A stretch of 63,614 bases of DNA, the filler included. It is 17 parts of 17 records of this genome, joined end to end, with 100 filler letters (N's around TTAATTAATTAA, not from the genome) between each part and the next. Parts side by side here need not be neighbours in the genome. Positions count along the whole stretch, not along the records: positions 35,096 to 37,848 come from SRR9188676_1101; positions 37,949 to 40,745 come from SRR9188676_1102; positions 40,846 to 45,870 come from SRR9188676_1103; positions 45,971 to 49,515 come from SRR9188676_1184; positions 49,616 to 56,298 come from SRR9188676_1212; 12 more parts are not named here. The stretch is one strand, 5' to 3'. The position numbers and the translations under genes are program-made. Below are positions 37,827 through 49,712 of the stretch, one piece after another (the first letter of the stretch is position 1; the number at the start of each line of letters is the position of its first letter). The notes under the pieces were generated by a model, which was not told the origin of the DNA, did not search any database, and saw nothing but the letters and a program-made list of their open reading frames with translations.

Positions 37827-38021
37827 GTACGTTGCACACACACGTTCCNNNNNNNNNNNNNNNNNNNNNNNNNNNNNNNNNNNNNNNNNNNNTTAATTAA
37901 TTAANNNNNNNNNNNNNNNNNNNNNNNNNNNNNNNNNNNNNNNNNNNNGAGCGAGAGAAGAGGACGGGAGAGGGGGGGGAGGATAGGCAAGAGTGTGTGA
38001 GCGAAAGAATCAGGGACGTAC

Positions 38022-40455
38022 ACGATGAACGGAACATCCTGGACCCTTCTTTGTGCCGAGGCAAATCTTTCTGCATTATTTCTCAGGATGAAAGTTGATG
38101 ATAACTCAGCTCAATTTCCGAGATTTCGGTTTCACTTTTCGTTTGTTTGGATGATCCCAAAGAGGCTACATACCATTGTTGTGACTTGATCCATGTACCG
38201 GGTGATGTTATGCGCATTTGCTGGAGCCATACACAAGAAAAAAGCAAGAAAAAGATGTTCAGAAACAGAAAAAACAAAAAGGCCGGAGCCAGGAAGGTGC
38301 GGGTCGATGAAGTAGTACAAGATGAAATTAAAAAAGGCATAGATATCAAAAGAATTGTATAAATCAATATATCCGCAACTAGGGTCGAGCAAAAGGGACC
38401 GAGATTGAAGGAAAGATAGGCAGAATGGAACAATAAAAAATTATCTTCCTATTTTCACAAAGTGAAAAAAGAAACCGGGTTGGAATGAATGAGAGCAGAC
38501 TTAGTTCACAGCGGGCTGTGACCTCTCGGGTGCCGCGCCGCGTCCAAAATAGTTCATACAATTCATGAATGAGGCGTGGAGAAAAATCAGAAAATATACA
38601 AGATATGTGACATCGGCATAGGAAGGTCATAACCCATCAACAGTAGCAGTTACATAACGTACCAAGCATGTAGAACAGCTGCGGGATAGTGCCAGGCTTG
38701 TTCTTATCGAAAGTCCTGAAGTCCGCCATGGTCAAATTCGCCAAATACTTTCCGTTAGTAACATATTCTTCCACAGCCATATGCCCGTTCATATGCCCCG
38801 CTACAATGCTGTTGTCCTTCAGCGACTTGTAAATGGGAATGTCCAATTTGTTGAAGTAGAAGTCCTCGATGGATGTGGATGTGACAGCGCTCACATCGAA
38901 CAGGTACCGACGTGTCACATCATTGCTGAGATCAAGAAGATCTTGCAGCCGATTCTGGAATGTGACAGACGTACAAGCAGAGATGCATGAATAAAATAGC
39001 TTGTGTTCCACAAGGACAGTAAGGCGAATGTGGATCACGCTACCACGGATCGTCACTCCTGTGCTCAAAAACAGATGCGTTCAGAGCTGTAGAGGGAAGA
39101 AAAGAAATGGAAATTGACGGATACCACGAACAGTGTAAACAATATGAGAGAAAAAATTAGAAAAGAGTTTCATCTTATCAACCTATTTTGGACACCAAGC
39201 GATCGTAATAACGTTCATACCGAGATTCGGGTGTGGGCATCATTGAAGAGCCAAGTGTCGTTCAGCATTGAGGCAATGAACAGGCTGCGGGCGTGGAATG
39301 CGTTCGCCATCACATGACGCTGACGGAGACCTGAAAGATATCGAAGCAACGAGCCTCGTAGAATTAGAAAATAAACTAGTAGGTTGATAGAATGTGCTAG
39401 AAATTGATCCCGGGACAACGCAAATGCAAGCTATCCGCATTGAAGGGTCAGGGAGAGTACGGTGTAAGCGTAATGGATGTAATGCTAATCTAGAAACAAT
39501 GATCAGTGCATGATCTTACCGGAAATATTGAGAACAAGCAAAGTTTCTTTGTAGGTCTCGTACTGAGCAAACACCACAACAACCACAGCGATGATGATGC
39601 CCAGCAGCAGCACTGTGATAACTTGCAGCTTCCGGCTCATAAGTTTTGTCTGCAGTTTCATGAAACAAGACGGGACGTAAGCGGAAAGCAATAGGAGAGA
39701 TTCCAATGAGGTGGATGGTAAGCGGCACGATAACGCAGTAAGCAGATAGACTAGTGGAGGGAGAGTGATTTGCGTGAAAGAGAACGACTCTGAAGTCTGA
39801 TCAGGGTTGGATTACCTTTCTGGCTTCATCTCCACTCTCATCCAAATTCTTGGTTGCACTCATCACTTTGGCTCGAATGATGTCCATATGGTAAGATGAG
39901 CTGCCCGTCGACCGGGTCTCATCACCTAACATAATGAAAGAGAAACAAACGTTGTTCAAATCAGCATCAAAGTGAATATATGGCATGATACTCAGGTCCG
40001 AATTATCCCTGACTGCAAAAACAGAACAGTTGGAGACGATGGAATGTGATGAACGTGATCATGGGTCAGGGTATAGCGTCCGGGGATCGGGAGGCACTCA
40101 TAGAGTGCGGATGTATGAGTGGAACAGTCTCAGGAAACGCATAATGAATCAGAAAACATCCAAAGATGTTACTCTTTAGAGAATTAATCAAAAACGGGCA
40201 GTATGTTTGAGAAGTCAATTCCTTACCTTGTGTGAGCGCCTGCGCAGCCTCTTGAAGGGCATCCGCTGTGACATTGTCCCACTTGATTTCGCGAAGGAAC
40301 CTCGAGTAGCTATATTCCAGAACCATTGCATCGCAAGTAAAGTTTAGGTCAATTCTTTCTCTAAAGACCACAAGAGGAGACGGATGCATTGGGCACTCCG
40401 CGATGTTTACAATATCTATGCCGTCTCTGGGGTTCTTTTCCACTCCTACCCACAT
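38022..40455 (-). CDS. Multi-exon membrane protein, possibly TmcB/TmcC (tiny macrocyst)-like, partial
   Basis: A TPR-like segment (YSYSRFLREIKWDNVTADALQEAA), a Ser-rich linker (DETRSTGSSS), a TM helix (LQVITVLLLGIIIAVVVVVF) and a helical luminal domain. The order resembles Tmc proteins as I recall them; the family call is tentative. Confidence 0.4.
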
Positions 40456-40900
40456 GACTTCGTTGAGAAGTCCTCCACATGTAAGATTATAGGGTCAAAA
40501 GCGGCATCAAGTGGTGGAAATTGCTTAGAAAGCTTTGGTTTCCAGAAGTCTCAGCATGGATGAATATATCGTTTCGAAAGGTTTGTCCTGAACTTAGAAT
40601 GGATGTTGCTTCGTTCATCACTCGATGGAAATACCCATTTTTCTTGCTCTACTGTTCTCAATTCGATCATCTTCAAGACGGTGTATCTTATATGCGAGAC
40701 GAAACGTATTTGATTGCTTACTTGAACAAGATCTCGGGAGAATCGNNNNNNNNNNNNNNNNNNNNNNNNNNNNNNNNNNNNNNNNNNNNTTAATTAATTA
40801 ANNNNNNNNNNNNNNNNNNNNNNNNNNNNNNNNNNNNNNNNNNNNAAGAAGAAGAAGAAGAAAAAAGGAATCATCCCAAAATAATTGAAAATACACATAC

Positions 40901-41986
40901 CCTCTCTTCTTTCTTCGAAGGCAGGCACAGAATAGTTTTCCGGCGCCTGATGGGAAAAGAGAATTAAACTGAGTCAGCGTTCAAAAGAAAAGAAAGGACT
41001 GCCAAATAGGATAAATAAATCTAGTAGTATCATACCTTTCGGGTAGGGGTAGGAGAAGGAGAGACCTCTCCGCTTTCTTCGAGAACCTCCTGGAAGATGA
41101 GAATTATGAAATGGATGTCAGGGAACAATGCGCGATTAGTTGTAATGATCGCAAATAATAATAAAAAACCTTCAAAATAGGATTTACATATATGCAGCGC
41201 ATCTTCTGTTCTGTGATGTTATCAGGATCCACACTGTCCCAAGCGGCCTTGAGAGCTTTCTTATCCTGAAAACAGCAAATAAATTGTCGATTCCATAATC
41301 ATTGTGAATCCTCAAAGCAAAATATACCTCTGCGTCCGTCAAGGGGTTGGTGAGCAAGACGCTCTGGACAAGGAACTTATCCTTGCATTTGAGATCAGTA
41401 GGCTTCTCCTTCACACCTTGCAAAGTGACTGAAAGCGACCAGGAAATTGACAGGGACATATCAACGCAAGAAGTGAAAATGCAGAAAATATAGAGAATAA
41501 CAATCAGAAAAGACGTCAAGATAAAGAGTGAGTGAGTGGGACAGACAAACCTTCCACAGTTACTGTAGTATGAGGACCAACAACGCCAGAGTTCGGCTTA
41601 ACGCAGTACTTCTTTGGTGCGGTTGTTTTCACCTACAAATGGGATGTTACGAAAAGTTCCTCATAGACTCGGGAGAAAGTCTAGGACAAACCTTAAAAGC
41701 AACGGCCTTGTCCTGAGTGTTGGTCAATTGCATGTTCACTGAAACATTTTTGCCAACTTGGACTATATTCAACAGTGCGAATATTGTGTGAGAAAAATAT
41801 ATTTACAGCTCGAAAAATTCGAAAAGGAGTGTGTCGGCATGCAAATCGTTCATGTAAAATTGAAACTAAGCGCACAAACGCCATATTTTCAAAATGCAAA
41901 GAGCGCGTACTCTGGAAATGAAGATCACTAGGATGGATACGCAGAAGAGAGGCAGGAGGTGTGCGGGTTGAATTTTCGCCGTCCAT
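40901..41986 (-). CDS. VAP: VAMP-associated protein (VAP/Scs2, MSP domain), 3' partial
   Basis: Spliced sequence LLRIHPSDLHF...LTNTQDKAVAFK|VKTTAPKKYCVKPNSG...KCKDKFLVQS contains the VAP consensus. Confidence 0.93.
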
Positions 41987-42130
41987 TTTTTGGAGAAACC
42001 TCGAAATCGTTGTGTTTGAAAAACTGATGGGCCTGAAACGGTAATATGATGTGTTCCAGGGGATAGAAAATGAAAAATCTACACGTAAGAGAGGCTGAGA
42101 TTTTTTTTTCTCTTTTTCAGAAGAGATCGA

Positions 42131-45012
42131 ATGTCTATTCCATCGACAGCAGATCGTGGGTATCTTATTTGTGATGAGTGTGGAAGTGATGATGTCTTTG
42201 AAGGTGTTGCTTCGAACTTTTTTGAACGCTGTTTGGTCTTGAGGATCGATTGACTCATAGAGGAACGTACAAACAGATGTGCAGAACGGTGCGGTCACAT
42301 GTCGAGGATGCGGTCTTGTCCTCAGTGATCGGTACAATCCATTTTTTGCACTGAGATTTGCAGTTCACTCAACATTCTTGCAAAACACAGGCTGATTGAT
42401 GTCCATTCCGAATGGCGTACATTCGCAAATGATTCCAAGAGTGTAGGCATTATTTCTTCTTCGAAGCGCTCCCGAAAATAGTATCCTTATTCAATGATTG
42501 ACAGAAAAATCACGATCCGAATCGTGTTGGTGGTCCGGCCAACCCCTTCTTGAGTGATCCGGGCCTTGCAACTAATGTCGGAATTCGAAGCGGGTTCGCT
42601 GACGACAACCAGAAATCGCTTTCTCGTCTTCAAGTTCGTCATTCGATTTGCATTAATTCTTTAATTTCTATCCTATCATCTGGAGATCTTACTCTGCTCC
42701 CGCTCCTCTAGAATCGAGGCTCTCTGAGTTCTGGTGATCGTCATCTTCTGTCAACCTTCAGTGACATCGAAAAATACTGTGAAAATCTCGGTCTTCTACG
42801 ACACATCAGAGATAAAACGAACCTCATCTTTAAATCTGTCCATGAAAAGAAGGTTGGTTGAATATTTTTTTCCGATTCGACGAGTTGTACTTGAACATAC
42901 TTTGTCCACTATCAGCTTTTGAAGGGTCGAAGTAAAGATGCGACCATCGCTGCTTGCATCTACCTCGGGTGCAAGTACACTGATTGCCGTCGTCCTCCTA
43001 CAGATATCTATGTTCCTCTCAATGTACGCATCCCCCCACCCTCGCCGGTCATTACACCTTTATCTGTCACGTCGCTGAGCGAGCCATACTGAACCTGTCG
43101 CTCTATAGGTATCTCGAAAGGACTTCAATAAATGCATGAAAGCCATTGATTCTGATACCGATATCAAGGGAAGATTCGGCTCGAGTACTTCCAACGTGTC
43201 CACCGCTGAAGATTACACGGTCTGGATCATCTTTTTCCACGCGCTTTTCTTTGATGCCTGTGCATCTGAGTTAATCGTCAATCTCTTATTGCCCCCTTCA
43301 GAATCGTTTCTGCAATAATCTTAAGAACGATCCCAAGTTCCAAGTCGCTGCTGGTCCCAAGTTCCAAGGTGCTGTTGCCGCGGTTTGCCGCGCTTCTCGA
43401 GAGCTTGGTTTAGTTGATTCAAAGGCCCAGAAAACTGTCGCTGCTGCTGCAATTTTGCACCTGGCCCTATTGGTCGACGAGAAGGTATGTTTCATTGCAA
43501 GGAAAACGATTTTCCGGGTAAATTATCCTTCGAATTTTAAGTACTCTAGACTCTGCATGCATCTTACTGTCTATTGCTTCTTTTCATTGACTCAAATTTC
43601 AAACAGATTGCCACAAGCGCAGGTTCGCTGCGCATGCAACGCCTTGCTGAGCTGAAAAAGAGTATCACATACGTGTGCGACGTCGCAGATGGTACTGTCA
43701 AAAACGCTTACAAGGTATTTTCTCGAGTTTTTTTGTGTTTGCATTCATTGCTCAGTCTGGTCTCTCTATATTTGCAGGATATCTTCCACTATGAAGTGTC
43801 TCTTGAACGTGTTAGGGTCCATGTCCAACAGGTCATTATGCGATTACGGCAGCTTTTCCAGCATAAGGTACTTCAACACTTTCCTTTATCTTGTTCTTCT
43901 TCATCTTTCTTGCTTTTTTTTCGTTTTCGATAGGAGCTTGTTGTATTTCAGGGATCAAATTGAGCCTTTGCTCCTGTTGTGGAAAATTCGACAAATATGA
44001 CTCTGACTCGATCTATTTTGCAGCAATGCGGACCTGACAGTCCCGAAGTTCGAGATATGATGCGCGAGGTGGCCAGTCTCATTGCAGATGCCAGGTATAT
44101 CTCGAGAGAAACGTTGATTCTTTGATCGTCAGCATGAAAGTTATTCTTACAATTGCCTCCTATACCAATCACTGTCTCAGACCCAAATGAACCCTCCTCT
44201 TGTCCTATAGTCTTGTGATTCTTGCTCTCCATTTGAGCTTACTCATTCTCTCCCTTTCCTTCTTTTATTTACCCTTTACAGCAAACCATCCAATGCTGCA
44301 AATGAGCTGGAAATGCTCAAGAAGCGTTGGACAATGGGGTCTCGTTTCTGTGCATTATATGAACGAGAACTCCGGGTCGAGGGATTCGGAGACTATGTGC
44401 GCGTGTTATACCGTGAGGCTGATGAAACCCTTGCCATTCGCGATATTATCGATGACGTGCAGCGGGCTGAGTTCCCAGGCACATTCACTTATTTGAAGGT
44501 ATCCGTCCTGTTACATGATTTCGGGCTAGGACATCACGGGGCGGTGATACATTTTCCGATTTTTACTCACGATTCTTCCATAACTCCATTGAATATTTCA
44601 GCGTCTAGTCTATCTGTTGATTATCAATCATGAGGTCCTCTGTATCCTGATCGTGAAATTATCAAACTAGCCCCTGCCCAATTGCAGCAGATCCCATCTC
44701 CCGTCTTCTTCCTCCCCTCCCTTGCACCTCTGCTCTCTCACTGCACATCGTCGCACTCTTTCTCTCTGACGATGATTGATGATACATCGTCATATATTTC
44801 CCTGTTGCGTGTTCTTTGTGTCCCGTTTCGTCCTCATCTATGTGCTCGATACTCTATGCTCGATGCTCGATTCCGCCGTGTAGACGACAGGCATTTCCAG
44901 TCCCGGGTTCATGATCACTCCTGATCGCCCGCTCCTGCTCACCGAGGGCATGTCTATCGACGCTGAGCTTGTCGAGGACTACACTTCTGCCGCGAGAAAG
45001 TACGACGATTAG
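42131..45012 (+). CDS. TFIIB: Transcription initiation factor IIB family protein, divergent, with possible C-terminal extension
   Basis: Zn ribbon CDECG...CRGCGLV, B-reader IDVHSEWRTFAND, linker DPNRVGGPANP, cyclin repeats LKGRSKDATIAACIY and VADGTVKNAYK. The core ends near 43867; exons to the stop at 45012 are less certain. Confidence 0.85.
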
Positions 45013-45970
45013 CTTCTATCTTTTGTGTTCTAGTTCGTTTTTCCGACTTAATCATACTGCCCAAGAGACCTAGATAAAAACGAGGACAAACGGGCAAGCC
45101 CAATTTTTTTCTCCCTCCCATTGTGCATGGTCAGAAAATATTGCCCCAGAAACTGCATGTGGTGGTAGTATGTGGCTTTGCTGCAGTTCGACTTGATACG
45201 GTCTTTTCGACAAGGAAATGTCGTACAGAATAAGCGAAGGTCTATTCCTTCCTGAATGATGAATATGATTATTCATGGTAACGAATGTCGCCTAACTGAT
45301 TTAATTCCATACAACCAAAAGAAATTTCCTATCCGGCTTCTGTCTGATTTTTCTGCTTTATCCATCCCTCCAGTTACACTGGCGAGGCGCCCAAGAGAGA
45401 AAAGTCTCTGAATGAAGAGCAGTTCCTCGAAGCACATAAGCGATATTCTGAAGCGATTATGAAGCTCCAGAAGCGGAAAACCTTCATTTTTACCACCGGC
45501 TGGGAGGTGTTCGTCAAGCATGGCGAGATGTTGAGTTTGAGACAATTGATCGCAAAGAAGAAATATGTGGTATGTGATGTTTGATCCAGTTTTTCTGTCC
45601 CAGTCCTTTACCATGGACTTCATGTTGTGCTCGAACCTTCCCTTTTTTTTAATGTCATTTCTGTCAGGAGTTTTTTGGCTGTCATTCGTGCCAAAGTTAG
45701 CATCATTCTTCATTTTTACCTAGTCGCATATTCAATCACCTCGATTTATTCAATTATAATTGACGAATGCCAGTGATGAAGAACCTTCATGCTAACTCTA
45801 TTTCCACTGAGCTTGGGCGAACACGACGCGCCCTTGTTTTGCTGTGAGGAATACCGCAGGGGTCCCGAGGNNNNNNNNNNNNNNNNNNNNNNNNNNNNNN
45901 NNNNNNNNNNNNNNTTAATTAATTAANNNNNNNNNNNNNNNNNNNNNNNNNNNNNNNNNNNNNNNNNNNN

Positions 45971-46001
<31 letters not shown>

Positions 46002-46073
46002 ACACTTTCTCCCTTTCGGTGATTGGTTTCTGATTCTTTTTTTTTCTTTTTTTTTCTGCTATTGACACGTTAG

Positions 46074-47666
46074 ACGTCTCTGCAATCGACAAGCTGTGTG
46101 GACTTTGCGCGTGCGTTTTCTGAGGGGCTGGAGAGGCAGAGAGATGAGGTCACCTCTCTGCAATCTCGCCTCGAGAAGACCACAGAGCTGCTCGAAAATG
46201 AGAGGGCTATCGCTTCCAACCAGGCTAGCGAACTCGAGGTCAGTCCCGCGTGGCTAAACAAGGCATACTTCTCAGCCGCATATTCGTTTTCCAGACCCAT
46301 ATCTATACCCATGCCCATACCCACTCACACACACGCAACCAACCAACTCACCAACCAAGCTAACGAACTCGAGGTCAGTCCTGCCTGGATAAATAGTGAC
46401 AGACCCCGACCCGCATATTCGAACTATCTTGACTCTTTTAAGCTCAGTATATTGTATCCATTATGGGTTTATTTATTTCATCTCGTACATATATCTATAT
46501 CCCGCATTGATTTTCTCCTGATTTTATTCACACCGGGATGGTCACTGGTTTTGGATCCTCACCACCCTCAAGTGATGACGTAATTTCTGATTGATGCGCC
46601 TTTACCGAACTCTGCGAATCGGGAAATTACGACTCTCGCACCCTCAATCACCCACTCTCTCTGCTTCTCCCGGACTACTGCATAAGAAATGTGGAATCTC
46701 ATTCGATCTTTTGTCCCCTTTCCTGGCAGATTCTTCGAGAGGAGCTCGCGCGAAGAGATATCATGATTCGAAACCTTCAGGTAAGCAACACACATCCCGA
46801 ATTATTGTTCTGTTGATGGTTATTCTAGATTATTCCAATCGTTAGTCCTAGATTTATCGCTCTATTTGTCCACTTGATGATGAAACTGTTGACCATAAAG
46901 CCGTGAAGAGGTTCTCATAACAACACGTATGCCAAGGTACTAACCCTCAGAATTTAGGCCTTGACCTCGGTCACTTCACTTCTTTTAATCACTCATATTT
47001 TCTTTCTCTCTTTTTTTTTTCTTTTCCTCGCAGCAAAATCAGCCGACAGCTGGCAGTTCGCCCGCTGGAACCGCTGCTCCTGCAAGCCGGTCCCCAGCTT
47101 TACCCCCCAAGGCACGCCGCTCCATTTTCAGCCGAAACAAGAAGAAGGAAGACGAAGCCGAGCAGGCACAATCTCAGTCCCAGCCAAATACCTCCCCACC
47201 CCCGCAGCGCAAAGCGAGTACGAATGCGACTGACCTCGAGATGTCTCGGTCCGGTTCCTCCACGAACTTAGCTGCTGCTGGTACTATGACTGGTTCTGGC
47301 TCAGGTCTTACGAGTCCCTTAGCTTCTGCCCCTCTGCAGCATCACAATCAAGGTGCCGATAATAGCTCCGATGAGATTGTCTCTGGTTCTGTGGAAGTAT
47401 CCCCCATTGGAAGCCGTCAGGCAAGCTTCGATATCGATGACGGCCTAAGCCATCCGCATGAGCATGAGGCCAAGACGGAATTGCTTGCTGGGTCCTCTCT
47501 AGGGCTTACTTCGGGAAGCTCGAGCAATTTGAATCAAGCCAACACCAAAGGACGAAGAAGATTCACCGCAATGGCGTCCTTATTCCCAACACGGAAGAAG
47601 TCTCAGCTCGAGACACCTTTAGTGCCCACCCTCCTCCGGACCAATTCAAATAGTAGTAACCAATAA
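46074..47666 (+). CDS. C-terminal part of an uncharacterised coiled-coil protein
   Basis: Exons 46074-46238, 46730-46780 and about 47034-47666 join in phase 0 (LERQRDEVTSLQSRLEK...ELE|ILREELARRDIMIRNLQ|QNQ...), ending in a Ser-rich tail and TAA. Confidence 0.55.
46216..46421 (+). repeat. 135-bp-period duplication of an exon end plus donor site
   Basis: CCAACCA(G/A)GCTA(G/A)CGAACTCGAG|GTCAGTCC...TAAA...CCGCATATTCG occurs twice, with donors at 46239 and 46374. Confidence 0.9.
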
Positions 47667-48178
47667 GTCCATTGTTATGCTAATTGACTTTCCTTCATTT
47701 TGCTTCTTGAACTTTTGTCGTTGTGGCATCACGTGGCATCTTCGCATCGTTTTGATGCATTGTGGTTTTCGGTTTTTTTCCCCCACGTTTTTCGATTTTT
47801 ATTGTGTAATACTGATTTTTTACTTCATCCTTATAATTTATATAATCGAGCTCTGAAAGATATCGCTCTCTAAAATAACACCTATTAAGTCAAGAAAAAA
47901 TAAAGATCATCTTGTTCTTGCGGGCATGATATTTGAGGATAGTTCAGAAGTGGACATGGTGTAGCAAGTCTCTCAGATGAATTCAATTGTATCGGCTGTT
48001 GTCAATCGAGATTTGCTGCCCGCTAAGGGATTAAGAAGCAAGGAAAGCACTGGTGGAAACAAAGCGTCGAGAATATCTACCAAGGGGGGTAGAAATCAAA
48101 AAGCTATTTCGAGTTTGTTGAAATTGTGAGGGGTAAATCAATCGTACAAAGCATGTGGAAACCTCTGTCTTTGTAGTC

Positions 48179-49252
48179 ATGCCATTGCCTCTCTTCACGG
48201 GTGCATCTATTCTACCGACTTGGAGCTTCACTTATTCACCTCCTGTTGTATCATATTCCCAATTTTCCAAATCGATTGAGACTATTCCAGAGGTTCCAAC
48301 ACCATCTTTCCTCAATCAACCACGACCTCTTGGCGAATTGACTCTGCATGTTCGCGACTACCAAGCAGAGGTATTGGAACATGCGAAAAAAACAAATACG
48401 ATTGCGTTTTTGCGCACAGGCGCTGGCAAGACACTCATCGCAGTCATGAGTATCAGATACGAATATGAACAACATATCCTTCCACATAGTAAGGGATTTT
48501 TCTCTTTTGTTTCATTATTATTTTTTAACTTACGTTTATTCTCTCTTTTGCAAGAGAGTTTCCCTGATAGGCGTCTGGCTGTCATGCTTGTGCCCAAAGT
48601 GAATCTTGTCAAACAACAAGCAGAAGTCATTCAGAAGAACACTGTTCGTCCTGTCTTCATGTTTGCTTTTAAAAAGATATCTAACTGCAATGCTATTTCT
48701 TTTTAGAATTTACGAGTTGGGGAGTACCATGGAAAAAAAACTGAACGATGGACAGATGTGAAATGGCGTAATGAAGTCGCAAATGTGGATGTAATGGTCG
48801 TCACACCTCAGGTATTTCTGGCTTGTAATTTTGAGAGTAATGGCATGGGTTATTATGGTCAGATCCGAGGGATTGTGACGTCACCCGGGCCGTCGGTATC
48901 GAGGTGATGGCACTAGACACCTGTCAGAATTCCCTGTGCTATTGCAGTTTTAATAACGTCACTCTTGCCCGATGAAAAGTGCAAAAAGCTGTTATTTCTA
49001 TTTAATCTTTCTGATGTGCTCTTGTTGTCTCTCGCACAGATTTTCTTAGATGCTCTCCGAAATGATATTCTCACTCTGGCTCAAGTCTACCTCTTGATCT
49101 TCGACGAGTGCCATCACATCAACGGCAAGGATAATTACCGTATCATTATGAAGGAACATTACTTCTCTCTTGCTGAGAATGACCGACCGAAAGTTTTGGG
49201 TCTAAGTGCGTCGCTTATTAAATCCAGCGTCAAGAATCCCTCAGTTGACAAG
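48179..49252 (+). CDS. Dicer-like DExD/H helicase N-terminal region, 3' partial
   Basis: Spliced motifs RDYQAEV, NTIAFLRTGAGKT, LVPKVNLVKQQ, VVTPQ|IFLD, LLIFDECHH, YRIIMKEHY and RPKVLGLSAS match the Dicer helicase. The RNase III domains are not in the contig and the start codon is uncertain. Confidence 0.8.
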
Positions 49253-49712
49253 GTACGATATTTTCCCGAACTTAAGCTGAATTAAATTGGGTAGGTAGAC
49301 GTTCGCTCAACCCTGTTTGTATCCCTCTTTGCCTTGAGTTATAATTTTCCCGAATAGGAAAACGAATGTCCAGGCCTTGCCCAAACTCATTAAAGAGGTC
49401 AGACGCGGAGATTTGGTAGAATCGCTTCGATTTTTATTTTGGGATGGCTCAATGCTCAATCATCAAAATATAATCCCTCTCAATCCCTCATTCTCTCTCC
49501 CTCTCTCTCCCTCTCNNNNNNNNNNNNNNNNNNNNNNNNNNNNNNNNNNNNNNNNNNNNTTAATTAATTAANNNNNNNNNNNNNNNNNNNNNNNNNNNNN
49601 NNNNNNNNNNNNNNNGTGGTTTTGTGTGAATGGAAATGGTAGAACGTGAATGAGCATGTAGGCTATATGAGAAGATGATTATTCTTATCAAAACATCTTT
49701 ACAGATGCATAC

